From: Octopus vulgaris
Lineage: Eukaryota
Assembly (NCBI GenBank): GCA_951406725.2
Contig: OX597825.1
Coordinates: 47,058,001-47,122,000 of the forward strand
Length of the DNA: 64,000 nucleotides
Direction of reading: 5' to 3'
In this document: piece by piece, positions 13,038 to 26,987 of the stretch
How positions within the stretch are numbered: the stretch's first letter is position 1
How the letters are laid out: the number at the start of each line of letters is the position of its first letter
Made by a program: the position numbers and the translations under genes
The notes under the pieces: model-generated
The model's database searches: none
Seen by the model: the letters and a program-made list of their open reading frames with translations, nothing else
Told to the model about the DNA's origin: nothing

Positions 13038-13923
13038 GAATTTCAATGAAACATATGCTAAGTGAATTTCAAATGCTTATAAGTTTAGTGTCGAAAATAT
13101 AAAGCTTTCAGAATGAAGAATAACTAATCAATATGCAAACTACTGAGTAACGCAAACGAAACAAGTTTATAAGCGTTGTTTAATACACGCACACTCACAC
13201 ACGCACACAAACACTCGCACGTACATAGGTACAAATGCACATGCATACACATGCATACATATACACGCATACACATATAGGTTCACACACAAGAAAAGTG
13301 AAAAAAAATGTTTTTGAAGATATTCTAAAGCAAAACATCTTGAAACGTATCTGTGAAAAGAATTATATTTAGCTTGCTTTGTGCATTCATTTCAACAGCT
13401 TCTAGGACTTCCGCGACAGCAACACTTCCTCCCTCCGAAAGAAGGATATACCTGCAAAGGTGGATCAGGCCTACGTTCCTGTCTACTATCTTACAATGAT
13501 TGCTATCTGCAATATGGCATATCCACCCTTGAAAAACACAGTTGAAACGAAGCAAACCAGATAATGTTAATGTTTTATTCAGCTATTTTCTCTTTCCATC
13601 ATAATTGCGAACGAACAATAGAAATGTTTTTTGATACATGAACACTGAACGTAAATCTGCGCCTTTACTAGATTGTTATAAACCTATTCATTGTAGATCG
13701 GCAGTTATTTAGATTCATTTCAACACAAATATATGGACACAACCATAAAATCTGAAGTTATATGTTGCAGGTAAGTCTTTCTTGGTTATACTGTTTGCAC
13801 ATTATCAATTGTTTTGCAAGCATATTTTAATACTTCTAATTTCATCATCCTCATCAATAGCAAAAACGACGACGACAACAATAATAATGAAAGCAAAATG
13901 ACTACTACTACTACTACTACTAT

Positions 13924-13975
<52 letters not shown>

Positions 13976-14054
13976 GTTTATAAATCTAAGTATACAGAAG
14001 TAAATAAAAACCAATTTTTCAAGATTTAAGTGTCTATGCCCTGTGATAATAATA

Positions 14055-14649
14055 ATGGTTTTCAACTCTGGCACAAAGCTAAGAATTTTGGAGGGAGGGT
14101 GTTACTCGATTACATGATACTTATTTTCTCAATGCCGAAAAGACGAAAGGCAAAGTCGGCTTCGGCGGAATTTGAACTCAAAACGTATAGATCCAGAAGA
14201 AATGCTGCTAAGCATTTTGTCCAACGCGATAAGAATTCTATCTTAATAATGATGATAACGGTTTTAAATTTTGACACAAGGCTATCAAATTTTAGTGAAT
14301 AGTTAAGTCGATTACATCGACACTAGTATACAACTGTTACTTATTTTATCGACATCCGAAAGAGTGAAAGGAAAAAGTCGACTCTGATGGCATTGGAAAT
14401 CAGATCGCTAAGCATTTTGTCCGGTGCGCAACGATTCTTCCCATTACAACAACAATAACAATGAACGTTGTGGGAAGGGGACTTGTCGATTACATCAATC
14501 CCAGTGTTTCACTGGTACTTAATTTATCGACCCCGAAAGGAGGAAAAGGAAAATCGACCTCGGCGGAATTTGAACTTAGAACGTAGCGACAGATGAAATA
14601 ACATTAAGGATTTCGCCCAGCATGCTAACGATTCTGCCATCTCACTACC

Positions 14650-14651
<2 letters not shown>
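14055..14651 (-). mobile_element. Three tandem SINE copies (Meta-domain-like family) followed by (TAA)n 14652-14732
   Basis: The block cgattacat..ttatcgac..cgaaag..aaagtcgac..ggaatttgaac occurs three times at a ~200-bp period. Confidence 0.8.
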
Positions 14652-14732
<81 letters not shown>

Positions 14733-14947
14733 CTCAACAACACTAATGAAATGAAAGTAGAATTATGAATGTTAGTGTAAAATTACAGAAAATGTAAAAT
14801 GAAATATTTTCTAACAGTATATTCTTTTCAAAAATCAAGTCAAAGCATTCACACACACACACTAACTCGCACAAAAACACAGACGATATTTATGTATGCA
14901 TATGTGTGTGCGAGTGTGCATGTTATTACTCAATATAAATAATTATC

Positions 14948-15330
14948 GAGTGGCTGTGTGGTAAGTAGCTTCCTTACCAACCACATGGTCCCGGGTTCAG
15001 TCCCACTGCGTGGCACTTTGGGTAAGTCTCCTCTACTATAGCCTCGGGTCGACCAAAGCCTTGTGAGTGCATTTGGTAAATGGAAACTGAAAGAAGCTCG
15101 TCATATATATGGATATATATGTGTGTGTATGTGTGTGTATATGTTTGTGTGTCTGTGTTTGTCCCCCCAACATTGCATGACAACTGATGCTGGTGTGTCT
15201 AGCGGTTCAGCAAAAGAGACCGATAGAATAAGAACTAGGCTTACAAAGAATAAGTCCTGGGTTCGAGTTGCTTGATTAAAGGCGGTACTCCAGCATGGCC
15301 GCAGTCAAATGACTGAAACAAGTTAAAGAA
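14948..15330 (+). mobile_element. Full-length OR-type CORE-like SINE
   Basis: A-box-like tggctgtgtggt, B-box-like ggttcagtccc, CORE-like gcactttgggtaagt..., internal (TG)n, tail cagcatggccgcagtcaaatgactgaaacaag, and an A-rich end. Confidence 0.85.
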
Positions 15331-15588
15331 AAAGAAAAAAATCACATTATCCTGTATAATACAGGACAATTTCTTCCACATAGAGAAATAAACTTAAATT
15401 TTCTTGCACGAATTCATTCCTTCAACGAAAGTGTCAGGTCCATGTGAGGCGCCAAATAGGAGTACACCTACCTCCAAACACACATTATGTTCATGCGTGT
15501 ATGTGTCTAAACATATGTGTGTGCGCACTCGCGTGTGTATATATATATATATAGTTAATATAAAGATATACAAGTATAAATATACATT

Positions 15589-15643
<55 letters not shown>

Positions 15644-16133
15644 TATATTTACAAATATAATCATATATGATATATATATATATATAATATATACACATAA
15701 ATATGCATGTATATATATATATATATATATTTAAAAATAGGATAAAATCTGTATAAGAAATTATCGAGTAGTTAGCGTAAAAAAATCTCATAAGGGAAAA
15801 CTTTATTAATTATTCCCTTTAAATATATTTAATTATATTAAAGGTATTTATGTATAGTAATGCTCTTAATATATATATATTATATACATTACATTATTCT
15901 TGTAATTTACTTAATCTTTACTTTTTAATTGTTATTTTATTTTTTTTTTATTTAAACTTTTCTATTATATGTAATTTTCTAGATGGTGTAATTTAATTAT
16001 TCATTTTGAATTGATAAAAGGTGGGTTTTTTCTAACATTTTATATATATTATATTGTGTGGAATTTGATTTAGTATTTCTAAATTGAATTATTTTTCTTT
16101 GTAAGTTTGGATTTTATTCCCTCAAATAATAAT

Positions 16134-16183
<50 letters not shown>

Positions 16184-16184
16184 A

Positions 16185-16215
<31 letters not shown>

Positions 16216-16293
16216 ATAAATATACATATATAAGTACATATATAATACACACACACACATATATATACAAACACCCAAATATAAGCATACCTC

Positions 16294-16370
<77 letters not shown>

Positions 16371-16373
16371 TTG

Positions 16374-16432
<59 letters not shown>

Positions 16433-17155
16433 ATACACACACACGCTCACACACATAAATGCAAAGTATATTCACTTTGAAAAAGTATGGAACATTTTCA
16501 GACTGTAAGATATTTCCTCATTTACTATTGTAGTCGGATCCTTCTGCCATTATACATAGTAAATCCTTGGCAAATACCAGCAGAAAACATTCGTTTTCTG
16601 CAGAGATGCCGAGTCCTAAAATCTCATAGACACTAGCCTTTAGAGCAGAGGTGAGTAAGCAGATACCTGGAGAAGTTACCACTTAGTATCATGTCATCAG
16701 TGAGATGTTCATTGCCGCGTATAGCTAGCTTCTGAAATAATAAACTATTGTGGAATTGATGAAAGATGAGTTAAAATATTTCCAGGTGATAAATTTACCG
16801 CCTGTCCTATTCTAAGGGCCGTTGTGTCCTTATACATAGGTCTAGGAGGAACTCGGATATTTTGTTATTTTACATTTGTGTCTGTTTACCTAATAGCAGC
16901 AAGCTCAGTTATTGATTTCATATTATTTGTTAAGTATCATACATGAGTTTACTGGAATATTACCGAAATACTACAAAGATATCTTAGAGATAATTCTAAA
17001 ATACATTTCAAAATTTCTTGCGTTTAATAGTTTAACAACGGTTAATTAAATGTATATGTAAGTGTACACGAATTCTTTGATATATGTATAGAATTGCTTC
17101 CAGTTAGATAATAAACATATGAGATTGTAATCGTGTATGTATGTATCTCTATCAA

Positions 17156-17210
<55 letters not shown>

Positions 17211-17219
17211 CATATATGT

Positions 17220-17272
<53 letters not shown>

Positions 17273-17334
17273 CATACATACATACATACATACATACATA
17301 CATACATACATACATACATACATACATACATACA

Positions 17335-17370
<36 letters not shown>

Positions 17371-17404
17371 TATATGTATGTATGTATATATATATAGATG
17401 TATA

Positions 17405-17592
17405 CACCGGGCGAAATGCTTAGTGGTATTTCGTCTGACTTTCCGTTCAGAGTTCAAATTCCGACGAGATCGACTTTGCCTTTCATCCTCTCGGGGTTGA
17501 TAAATTAAGTACGAGTTGCGTACTAGGGTCGATCTAATCGATTGGACCCCTCCACCAAAATTTCGGGCCTTGTGCCTAGAGTAGAAAAGAAT
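17405..17592 (+). mobile_element. SINE (Meta-domain-like family), 5' truncated
   Basis: ccgggcgaaatgcttagtggtatttcg..gagttcaaattccgacgagatcgactttgcctttcatcctctcggggttgataaattaagtac. Confidence 0.8.
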
Positions 17593-17718
17593 ATATATAT
17601 GTATATATACATATATATATATATAAACATATTTACATGTATATTATATTATATTATATTATATTGTATTATATTATACTATATTATATTACATTATATT
17701 ATATTATATTATATTATA

Positions 17719-17784
<66 letters not shown>

Positions 17785-17972
17785 ATATATTTATATATAT
17801 ATTAATAATATCAAAGGCTAATCAAAAGTATTAGAAATTTCCGTTATTTGCATTCCCATCGAAATGTTATCCCTAATATTGATTTGGAATTTAACAGTCC
17901 TTCCTATCGTGCAAGGACTCCTAGGATGGTTGCCTCTTATGTGTTTAAATCTACAGTGTATTTATGTGTGTG

Positions 17973-18017
<45 letters not shown>

Positions 18018-18019
18018 CA

Positions 18020-18455
18020 CCTATAAGGAGGTGCCTATTCCATTCACTATAGTGAATGGAGCCTTGGCCAGGAGGAACTGATGTCATGGGACGGTATCCA
18101 ACGTTCATCGGTATTTCGACCCTGAACCGTAGTGGGTCAGCAGAGGCGGTCAGGTTACTGATCCTCATTACCTCCTGGCTACCAGCTAAACTCCTCTCTC
18201 TTGCTCCAAAGCCAGCAAGAGGTTATTGAGCTGCCTCTCCCATCATGCGCACAGCCACCTTTCTCTCGTTATCTCTCATTCCAATGTCTGTAAGCATCCT
18301 CCATGCCAACTGAGTAGGGAATCCTCTGCAGCCAACCTCGACTGGGAAAAGCCATACATGCCATTCTTCCTCCCTGCAATCTTGCAGAAGGCTTTCATAT
18401 CTGGCACGCTTCCGTTCATAGGCCTCATCACATCCCTCTTCGCACGGGACTGTGA
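18020..18455 (-). mobile_element. Hero/NeSL-like RLE LINE 3' end
   Basis: LTVPCEEGCDEAYERKRARYESL..C....W.VW.FPVEVGCRGF matches the RLE C-terminus (ELTVPWE..A.ERK..KY..PVEVGCRGF). Confidence 0.75.
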
Positions 18456-18507
18456 GTATACATGTACACACATCAAACACACACGCACACACACGCACAC
18501 ACTTGTA

Positions 18508-18552
<45 letters not shown>

Positions 18553-18582
18553 GCACGTTGTATATATATGAATATATACATT

Positions 18583-18632
<50 letters not shown>

Positions 18633-19381
18633 TATACATGGACGTTTACAAGCTTACGTTTATTATTTAATTGAAAGCAATTTTACAGATGTATTTGTAT
18701 GTTATTTCATGTATATTTAATCAATTCGTTGAAAAACTATCAAGCACTCTTCAAACATATATATATATATATATATATATATGTTTGAACATTGTCTGAT
18801 ATATATATATATATATATATACATAATCTTATAATAAAAAAACCATAAAACTTCTAAATACTAGATATATATGTGAGAACGTGTGTGTGTGTATGTATAT
18901 GTATATATATATATTTATATATGTATGATGTTTGTATACACACCTATATATACACGCACACATATACACACATGTATATTGTGGTTAAGTGGTGGCTTAA
19001 CACTTCTCGAAACTCAGGAAAACCTGTTGCAGGGTTCCAGTACCTGACCGCCACTTAGGATCTCAGCTATGATTTAAATTGCATGGACCACTAAGAGTAA
19101 AGGACTCCTAGTTCTTGTTAGAGTTTTTTTCTAGGGGAAGGTGAATTCGTATGCAAAAACAGATTCATGCAAAATACCTTCTTCGGCCTTACAAAGTTCA
19201 GGAAATTGCCTTACTCGATCATGACTTGACTGCTACCATACATACATACATACATACATACATACATACAGACAGACAAACAGACAGACATACATGCATA
19301 AGTATATATACAAATGTATATATATATACATAATATATATATATATATATATAATATATACATATACATATATATATATAC

Positions 19382-19446
<65 letters not shown>

Positions 19447-19464
19447 CATATTAATTTATTATTT

Positions 19465-19640
19465 TACTTGTTTCTGTCATTTGACTGCCGCCATGCTGGA
19501 GCATCACCTGGAAGGGTTTTAGTCCAACAAATCAAACCCAAGCCAACTTGTTTTCGTAACCCTAGTCCTTATTCTATCGATCAATTTTGTCGAACCGCTA
19601 ATTTATGGAGACATAAACACACCAACACCGGTTGTGAAGC
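19465..19640 (-). mobile_element. OR-type SINE 3' half
   Basis: cttgtttctgtcatttgactgccgccatgctggagcatc..acaccaacaccggttg. Confidence 0.7.
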
Positions 19641-19660
19641 CCGAGCATAAAGACACACAG

Positions 19661-19703
<43 letters not shown>

Positions 19704-19790
19704 GAAAACGGTGAAAAACATAGTTTAAGCAACACATCGATTAGACCACATTTTAAAGCTTGTTTATTGATACAATGCAAGATATAACAA

Positions 19791-19906
19791 AGCTAACAGC
19801 TGTTTCTAATCAGATTGCGAGAATGTATTCTATAGATAATTGCGAAGATAAAATTCTTCATCTTCATAGGGTATTCGAATTAAGGCAACATGTTTTCATC
19901 AGAGTG
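19791..19906 (-). ncRNA. Type I hammerhead-like motif with long domain II, in a (TA)n-flanked unit 19700-20180
   Basis: Minus strand reads ct-CUGAUGA-(~90 nt)-GAAAC-agcu-GUU-ag, with palindromic acagctgt in stem III. Stem I is short or decayed. Confidence 0.45.
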
Positions 19907-20178
19907 AAAAACAAGAGCATACAATACATACAAGGAAAAGAAAAGAAAAACATGGTTTAGATAAATAGTCGAGAAGCCCAAAATGTTAAGTGCGCATAAT
20001 TATTTACCATCCGGGCTCAAAGACTGCAGATGAGCGAGTGAACTATTAAAGGACTAGGGAATACTACAAATCATTAGCGGGAACGTGCAGTTAAGAGGGG
20101 GAGGGCGTCAGGTTTTTAAAAAAGAAAATTATCAAGAAGTTCCGTGTACGCCTGAAACAAATAAAAGAATAAAAGCAA

Positions 20179-20234
<56 letters not shown>

Positions 20235-20339
20235 TAACTAATTAATTAATGAAGGATAAAAACCATTTAATAATTTTATCAAGTAGCCAGCACGTGAAAA
20301 CCATTTAGGTAACTATTTATTACTGATATATAATTATAT

Positions 20340-20597
20340 AGATATAGTTATACCCTAGGGTGTAGATAAAACTCACCAACACGCTAGAAATAGACGCTAA
20401 TAGCTCTATAAACCGCATATTATTTTACTCCGTAAGCACGGGTTGAAAGCTGGCTAATGAATAACCTGATTTATACATTGGCTCGCTTTCAACCTGTGCT
20501 AACGGAGTAAAATAATATGTGGTATATAGAGCTATTAGCTTCTATTTCTAGCGTGTTGGTCGGGTTTATCCACACCCTAGGCTATAATTATATATCC
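20340..20597. repeat. Fold-back (MITE-like) inverted repeat
   Basis: Arms of ~110 bp (cctagggtgtagataaa..ttgaaagc / gctttcaa..tttatccacaccctagg) with scattered mismatches and a short spacer. Confidence 0.85.
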
Positions 20598-20923
20598 TTA
20601 TATACATAAATCGTATAATTTCGCACAGTTACAAGCTTCATCTTTATTTTCAAGGTGTTGAATCATGGAATGGGGTCCTTTAAAGACATGAAATTTGTGT
20701 GGACTGTCCGATATATCTTGTAGATGATACAAAATATAAGTTAGTGAGCTAATTATTCTCTTGAAACTGAAAACGAAGAGAACTATCTCTTCGTAGATAA
20801 ACATAGTTCAGGCTATAGACAAGCACACATGGAATAACAAAGGCATACATAACATTATATATACATATCCATCTATCTGTCTATCTGTCTATCTATCTGT
20901 CTATCTATCTGTCTATCTATCTG

Positions 20924-20988
<65 letters not shown>

Positions 20989-22199
20989 TTATCTATCTAT
21001 ATATATCTAACGGAAACCGAGATAGATCTACACAAGCACACAAATATACACACGCGCGCGTGAACTCACACAAACTGATTAATAATTGTATGGAAATAAA
21101 CAGAAATGTGTGTCTCAATTACGGAATTGTTAGGTGGTTACGATAAAGACCACTCAAACAATGAGCTCAACTGACATATGGAATTTATCCGGGAAAGAGG
21201 TACACATTATCTATTGATTGAAAGTAAGGGATCAAAGGTAGAATAAGATAAATGATTCAGTAACATATAGACATATTTAAAAATATAAGTGTACAAAAAA
21301 TTTTAACAACTAATGAAAGTCCTAAAGGAGATATAACAGTATAAAAAATATGGCATACACTTATATAAACAAAAATGATTTATATATATATATATGTTTA
21401 TATAAAGAATATATTAGAATTATAAGATGTAATTATATAAAAAAAAACTGAAAAGTATCAATTTAGGTGTCATATTGCATCATATCTTATGCATACTTGC
21501 AGAGAGAAGTTGTAATATATACTTCGTGACTCAGAATGTTAAACCAGTATATGGGAAGGTAAATAGGAATACAAAATATAAAACTTTAATAATATATAAA
21601 ATTTTAACAATATACGATAAAAATAATATAAAGGATAAAAATTTAGTAAGAAAAACATACAAAAATAAGAAATCGATTTAATAAATAAAAAAATTAAAAA
21701 TATATAAAGGCAAGAGATCAAAATAAAAAATAGAAAAAAAAAAAAAAGATAATAGGTATATATATAATAAGGATACTTTAAGGTATTCCTACCAAAGTAG
21801 ATTCAGGTGCAAGTAAATTAAGATGAAGATATCATTGGATGCGGTTTTATAAATTATAATATTACAGGTACTGTTGTATGCATGATTGTACAGTGCATAG
21901 AGGTGTAAGATTTATTCAAGGGAGGCTTACTATCTCATAACTCACTACAAATATACCTACTGTGGCTGATAGGGTAGAAGTCATAGGAAGGAAAGGACAG
22001 TGTAATCACTGCATAGGATGGAATCAGACTAAACAGACAGGGATTACTACAGGGCAATATTATGTATAATACATCATATAACACAATACATAACATGTAA
22101 TACATATATAATGTAATACAATATAATATAGAATATCCTACAATAGAGGGTAAGTTAATTAAGGATACGTCATCCAAAGCTAATTTCCACCATCAAACC

Positions 22200-23520
22200 C
22201 AAAGTATGATGAGTATAACCTTATTTGCTCCGAAAATATTTAAATGTGCGGGTGATGCTATGCATTTACTATTAATTAGGTTGCTCTAGTCTCTGTACTT
22301 AAAAATCTCATAAATTTCCATAGAACAAAGCTCACATTCATATCTACTATCTCTATATGGTTGCACCATCCGTACTATATGCCATTCAAGGCTAAATCTA
22401 TTCTCGCTTTCCTTAAGTTCCCAGATCTTACTAGATAAAGAAGTACTATTAGCTTTATATATAAGTCTAAATGATGAAAGATAGTTCTTGATACGCTTTT
22501 TGTATTTATCGAATAAAACCACTAGTTTCAGTCAAGATTGTATATTTGTAAACTACGTTTTGGACTAAACAGCGACCTAATAACGGGCAATATGATTTTA
22601 CACTACAATTACAACCGGTAGTATTACAGCTAATATTTTTACTACTACTACTACTACTACTACTGTCATTATTATTAAAAATATTATTATTACTGCTATA
22701 ATTATTATCGGCATTATTACTACTGATATTAGTACTACTTCTATCGATTATAGTAGCATTTAAATTATTGCAGCAATACCAGGTATTGTGTCAGTAATAC
22801 CTAGGTTAGCATAAACATCAGCGTCACAGTTTATATTATATATATGTTAGATATATTAGTTCTGCTGTTCTGGATTCTTATATACCCACTATTATTATCA
22901 TCATCATTATTGACAATATTAGTATTATTATTAATTCCTCGTGCTAATTCCTTCTATTAAAACGTGCTATGATAGTACCGAGGGTAGAATATGAGATTCT
23001 GATTGTCTTACGAGAAAATACTCTATTATACCTATGGGATGCTGGGATCCGTTTATCTAAAAGTGCCATAAATTTACTATATATGTTGGTAGATATAGCC
23101 CAGTTAAAGGGAACATTATACTAGACTATATTACTCTTTCGAGACTTCTTATATTTGTGGGGGCGGATTCTATCTACTCTTCATATGTACTCCGAACCCA
23201 CTGCTTCATTATTGAGTATGGCTCCACTATTGGTATTTATATTATCATTAGAGGATGACACATTCTGCTCAATCACATTATAATATAAACTATTCTTCTT
23301 ACCGACCATAAGTTCTGTTTTTTTTTGTTGTTATATATCTTATTCTTTGATTTAATAGGAATGCTAGAAGCTTTCCCAGTAGGTCTGTTTTCCCGACTAG
23401 GTGGGTTTCTGTTCCTCTTCTCCATTAAATTTTTCTCATGATTACCAGTAGGTTTTAGACTTTCCAAATTAAGGAAGTAAGAAAGTAAGATTCGAGGGAA
23501 CATCTAATAATGTTTATTTA
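22200..23520 (-). mobile_element. Degenerate Penelope-like element (same GIY-YIG type as 3461-4213)
   Basis: YNVPFN..FMALLDKRIP..VFSRKTIRISYS (~23150-22980), CPLLGRCLVQNVVY (~22590), and SSFR...LSSKIWELKE...W.I....PY....CELC..E (22286-22522). An N/S-rich low-complexity linker separates the blocks. Confidence 0.7.
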
Positions 23521-23953
23521 TGACCAACAGCCAGTTCTGAACAGCCAACTCGTAATGCCCTTATTCATAATAAACGTAGTCTACTAGCATTAGATCTTTG
23601 ATGTTGATAAGGTGATAGATAAAAAGTTTTAAAAAATTAGAAATGAATTACAATTCCATGACCCCCACTGTGAATCATTCCCGCCACTCTAAAGTTGTAA
23701 TTGTTTTTCTCTTAGATTATTTCTGCAGCAATAATGGCAACATGGAAGTTTTATATCCCCTAACTCAGGTAAAATATTTCAGAAAAATTATATTAATATA
23801 TCTAGTCTGTTGCAAATCCATATATTTTGCAACTGAAGATGCCATTCTATTTAAATTGATGTAATGCTTGTATTATTCAATTAAATACAGCAGGCTGGAG
23901 CGTATTGCATTAATAACTGACATCCTGTTATTTATTTGATGTTATATACATAC

Positions 23954-24041
<88 letters not shown>

Positions 24042-24212
24042 ATATATGTATTATATATACATACACACACACACCTATGTATATATATATATATATATAT
24101 TTATATTAGAGGTCACACACTAGGAAAAAACTTCTTCCCAAACAAGGTTAGTGACATCCTCATAGTAGATTTCATAATATTAAAAAAAACATTTAAAAAA
24201 GTTTTTAAAAAA

Positions 24213-24326
24213 TCCCTGAACACTTCAAAAACTTTATTAAGTAATTCTCATAGACTTTCATATATATATATATATATGTGTGAAAGTCTATGAGAATTAC
24301 TTAATAAAGTTTTTGAAGTGTTCAGG

Positions 24327-24328
<2 letters not shown>
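24213..24328. repeat. Perfect 48-bp inverted repeat with (TA)n loop
   Basis: 24213-24260 is the exact reverse complement of 24281-24328. Confidence 0.95.
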
Positions 24329-24367
<39 letters not shown>

Positions 24368-24772
24368 TATGTGGACACAATGAGGATATTTAAAACACTT
24401 ATAGGGATATTTATCCCCGATACACTTGTTTAATATATTAAATTTTGAAGAGATATTTCTTCAATGAATATATTATATGAAATATCGTAAGATATCAAAC
24501 ATTATTGTCGAGTTAGAAAACAGAGAGAGCTAATGGACACAAATAAAATTATTAATTGATCAACCTATTCACCAACAATTGTTTCATTTCACAAGCAAAA
24601 TTAAAATTACAAAACAAATATAATATATATAATTTTGCACAATTGTACAAAGGACAATAAGGCTTACATTAAGATACGTTTGGGAAACACAAACTATATA
24701 GATTTGTTTACTATGTATATGAATACGTGTGTGTGTACGGATGAGTTATTATTATTTCTTTTGTTTCAATTC

Positions 24773-24829
<57 letters not shown>

Positions 24830-24830
<1 letters not shown>

Positions 24831-26930
24831 GAAAGCAGCATATTCCCTAATGAACAAAAAAGATATAAACGTGGATCCTATGGTTGTAATGATCAGCTAC
24901 TCATCAATAAGATGATCTTAGAAGATCGTCACAAACGACACAAAAACTTGTCAATAGCCTGTAAGAAATGCCTCGAAATGTATAAGATAGTACCTACTCT
25001 GCTAAACTTTTTGTCTGTATGAGATCATGGAGAACCACACTAAATTTGAACAATGACAATGAATCTCTAAATGCTGGAGATGTAAAAATTTCATGTGGCA
25101 TTTTCCAGGGTGACTCTCTATCACCACTCCTCTTTTGTTTAGCCTTAATACCTCTCTCAAATTGCTCAATGATGCACAGTACGGTTGTAAAATGTTTGAT
25201 AAAAATATAAATCATCTCATTTACATGGATGATTTAACGCTCTTTGCAAAAAATGACCAACAACTACAGGGCTTACTAGCCATTGTTAAACAATTCAGTG
25301 ATGACATCAGAATGCAATTTGGCCTCGATGAATGTGCAAAAGCTACCTTTATCAAAGGAAAAATGACAGAAACATCTAACGTTAACCTTGACCAGCAGAA
25401 TGTCATAAAGGAGTTAGACCCAGCGGAGAGCTACAAATACCTAGGGGTAATTGAAGGGGACGGAATAAGGCATTCAGTGATGAAGGAAAGGATCAGGAGA
25501 GAATGTTATCGCATAGTAAGAGTAATACTCAAGACAGAGCTGAATGCGAGAAACAGGATCGAAGCGATCAATGCATTAGCCATACCAGTCGTGATTTACA
25601 GTTTCAATATCGTTAACTGGTCAATTACTGAAATATTTAATCTTGACAGAAAAATACGAAAACTGTTGACAATGCATAGAATGCACCACTCTAAGGTAGA
25701 TATAGAACGAATTTAACTGCCAAGAAAAGAGGGAGATCGTGGACTTTTACAAAAGGCATTAACATTGATTATTGTCACAATTGGCCTAGACACCTACCTG
25801 AAAATCTCTGAGGACTGGCTGTTAAAACTTGTCTCAAAACATGAAAACAAGAAAGCACCATACTCAATAACAAAACAGGCAAAGGAATATCTAAATGAAT
25901 TCCGAATACAACAAATTTCAGAATTAGACATACAAGAAACAGGCACAGAAAAAACTAAGCATATGAAAACCCGTGCTAAAACTGCTGCCTTAGATATTCT
26001 GACTGACAAATGGCAAGAAAAACCTCTCAATGGCAAATATCCAAAGAGAGCGAATAATGCCGATGTTGACAAAGCCCTGGCCCGTCAATGGCTAATGGCC
26101 TCTGGCTTAAAATCTGAAACAGAAGGGTTTATCATAGCAGCTCAAGATCAATACCTACCAACAAGGAACTACCAGGCCAACATAATACAGAACGGCAGTA
26201 GCCCAACATGTGTTTGTCAACAACAAAATGAAACCATTGATCATGTTGTCTCCAAGTGCAGTCTTCTTGTGCCTACAGAGTATCTCAGCAGATATGATAG
26301 AGCTGTACAATATATTCACTGGGTAATATGCAGGGAACACAAATCACCTCCAGTGCTTGAAAAAGACCACATCTCACTCCTCTGGAACTTTACCATTCAA
26401 ACTGACAAAAAGATAGATGCGAATAGGCCAGACATCATATTGAAAGACGTCAGACAAAAATCATGCCTCCTCATTGATATGACTGTCCCAATCGATATAA
26501 ACGTTCCTGTCAAGACCTACCAAACACTGAGCAAATATAAAGATCTTGAAATAGAAATTAGCAAAATGTGGAACCTAAAGACTAAAACAACTGTTGTCAT
26601 AAGTGCTCTGGGAATGATAGTAAAAGGGGCTGATTGCTACCTAACTCAGATACCAGGAAACCCAAAAATGGCAGAAATTCAAAAGATTGTGCTCATAGGA
26701 ACTGCTTATATCCTACGCAAATTACTTTCTATGTAATCTCAAGTTTTAAAACAAACATAATTTTCGTATGGTTTTTTTAGACATTCATTAGTACAACACT
26801 AAGTACAAAACCAAATATATGGCACCCTAGGCATAACACCAATATGAACTTCCAATTTGCTGTCTCTTTAGATCTCTGGGTCAGACTTGGAGTTAACTTG
26901 TATAAATGTAAAGCAAAAGTCAAACATAGA
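24830..26930 (+). mobile_element. R4/Dong-like non-LTR retrotransposon, 5'-truncated, inserted in (TAA)n
   Basis: RT motifs GCNDQLLIN, GIFQGDSLSPLLF, HLIYMDDL and YKYLG; CCHC (C..C....ETIDHVVSKC); RLE motifs NRPDI..LLIDM.VP and KY.DLE. Frameshifts are present. (TAA)n lies on both sides (24773-24829, 26930-26944). Confidence 0.9.
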
Positions 26931-26987
26931 ATAATAATAATAATGAGTAGACTATAATAACTGTTATGATTTAATTATCCATAGTCG

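Noticed and set aside
13390-13780. Possible host exon (tttcaacag acceptor at ~13398; cag|gtaagt donor at ~13770)
   Set aside because: The frames close within ~50 codons, the peptide is unrecognisable and there are no partner exons; RNA-seq would be needed.
14948-15020. tRNA gene
   Set aside because: The A/B boxes belong to a SINE head; there is no cloverleaf.
16603-16655. Acceptor/donor pair ttttctgcag ... gag|gtgagt
   Set aside because: There are stops in all three frames and no supporting context.
24415-24465. Minus-strand UUGAAGA..aaac-aagt-GUA resembling a hammerhead, and GAAACaattGUU at ~24575
   Set aside because: G12 or the CUGANGA half is missing and there is no stem I; too decayed to call.
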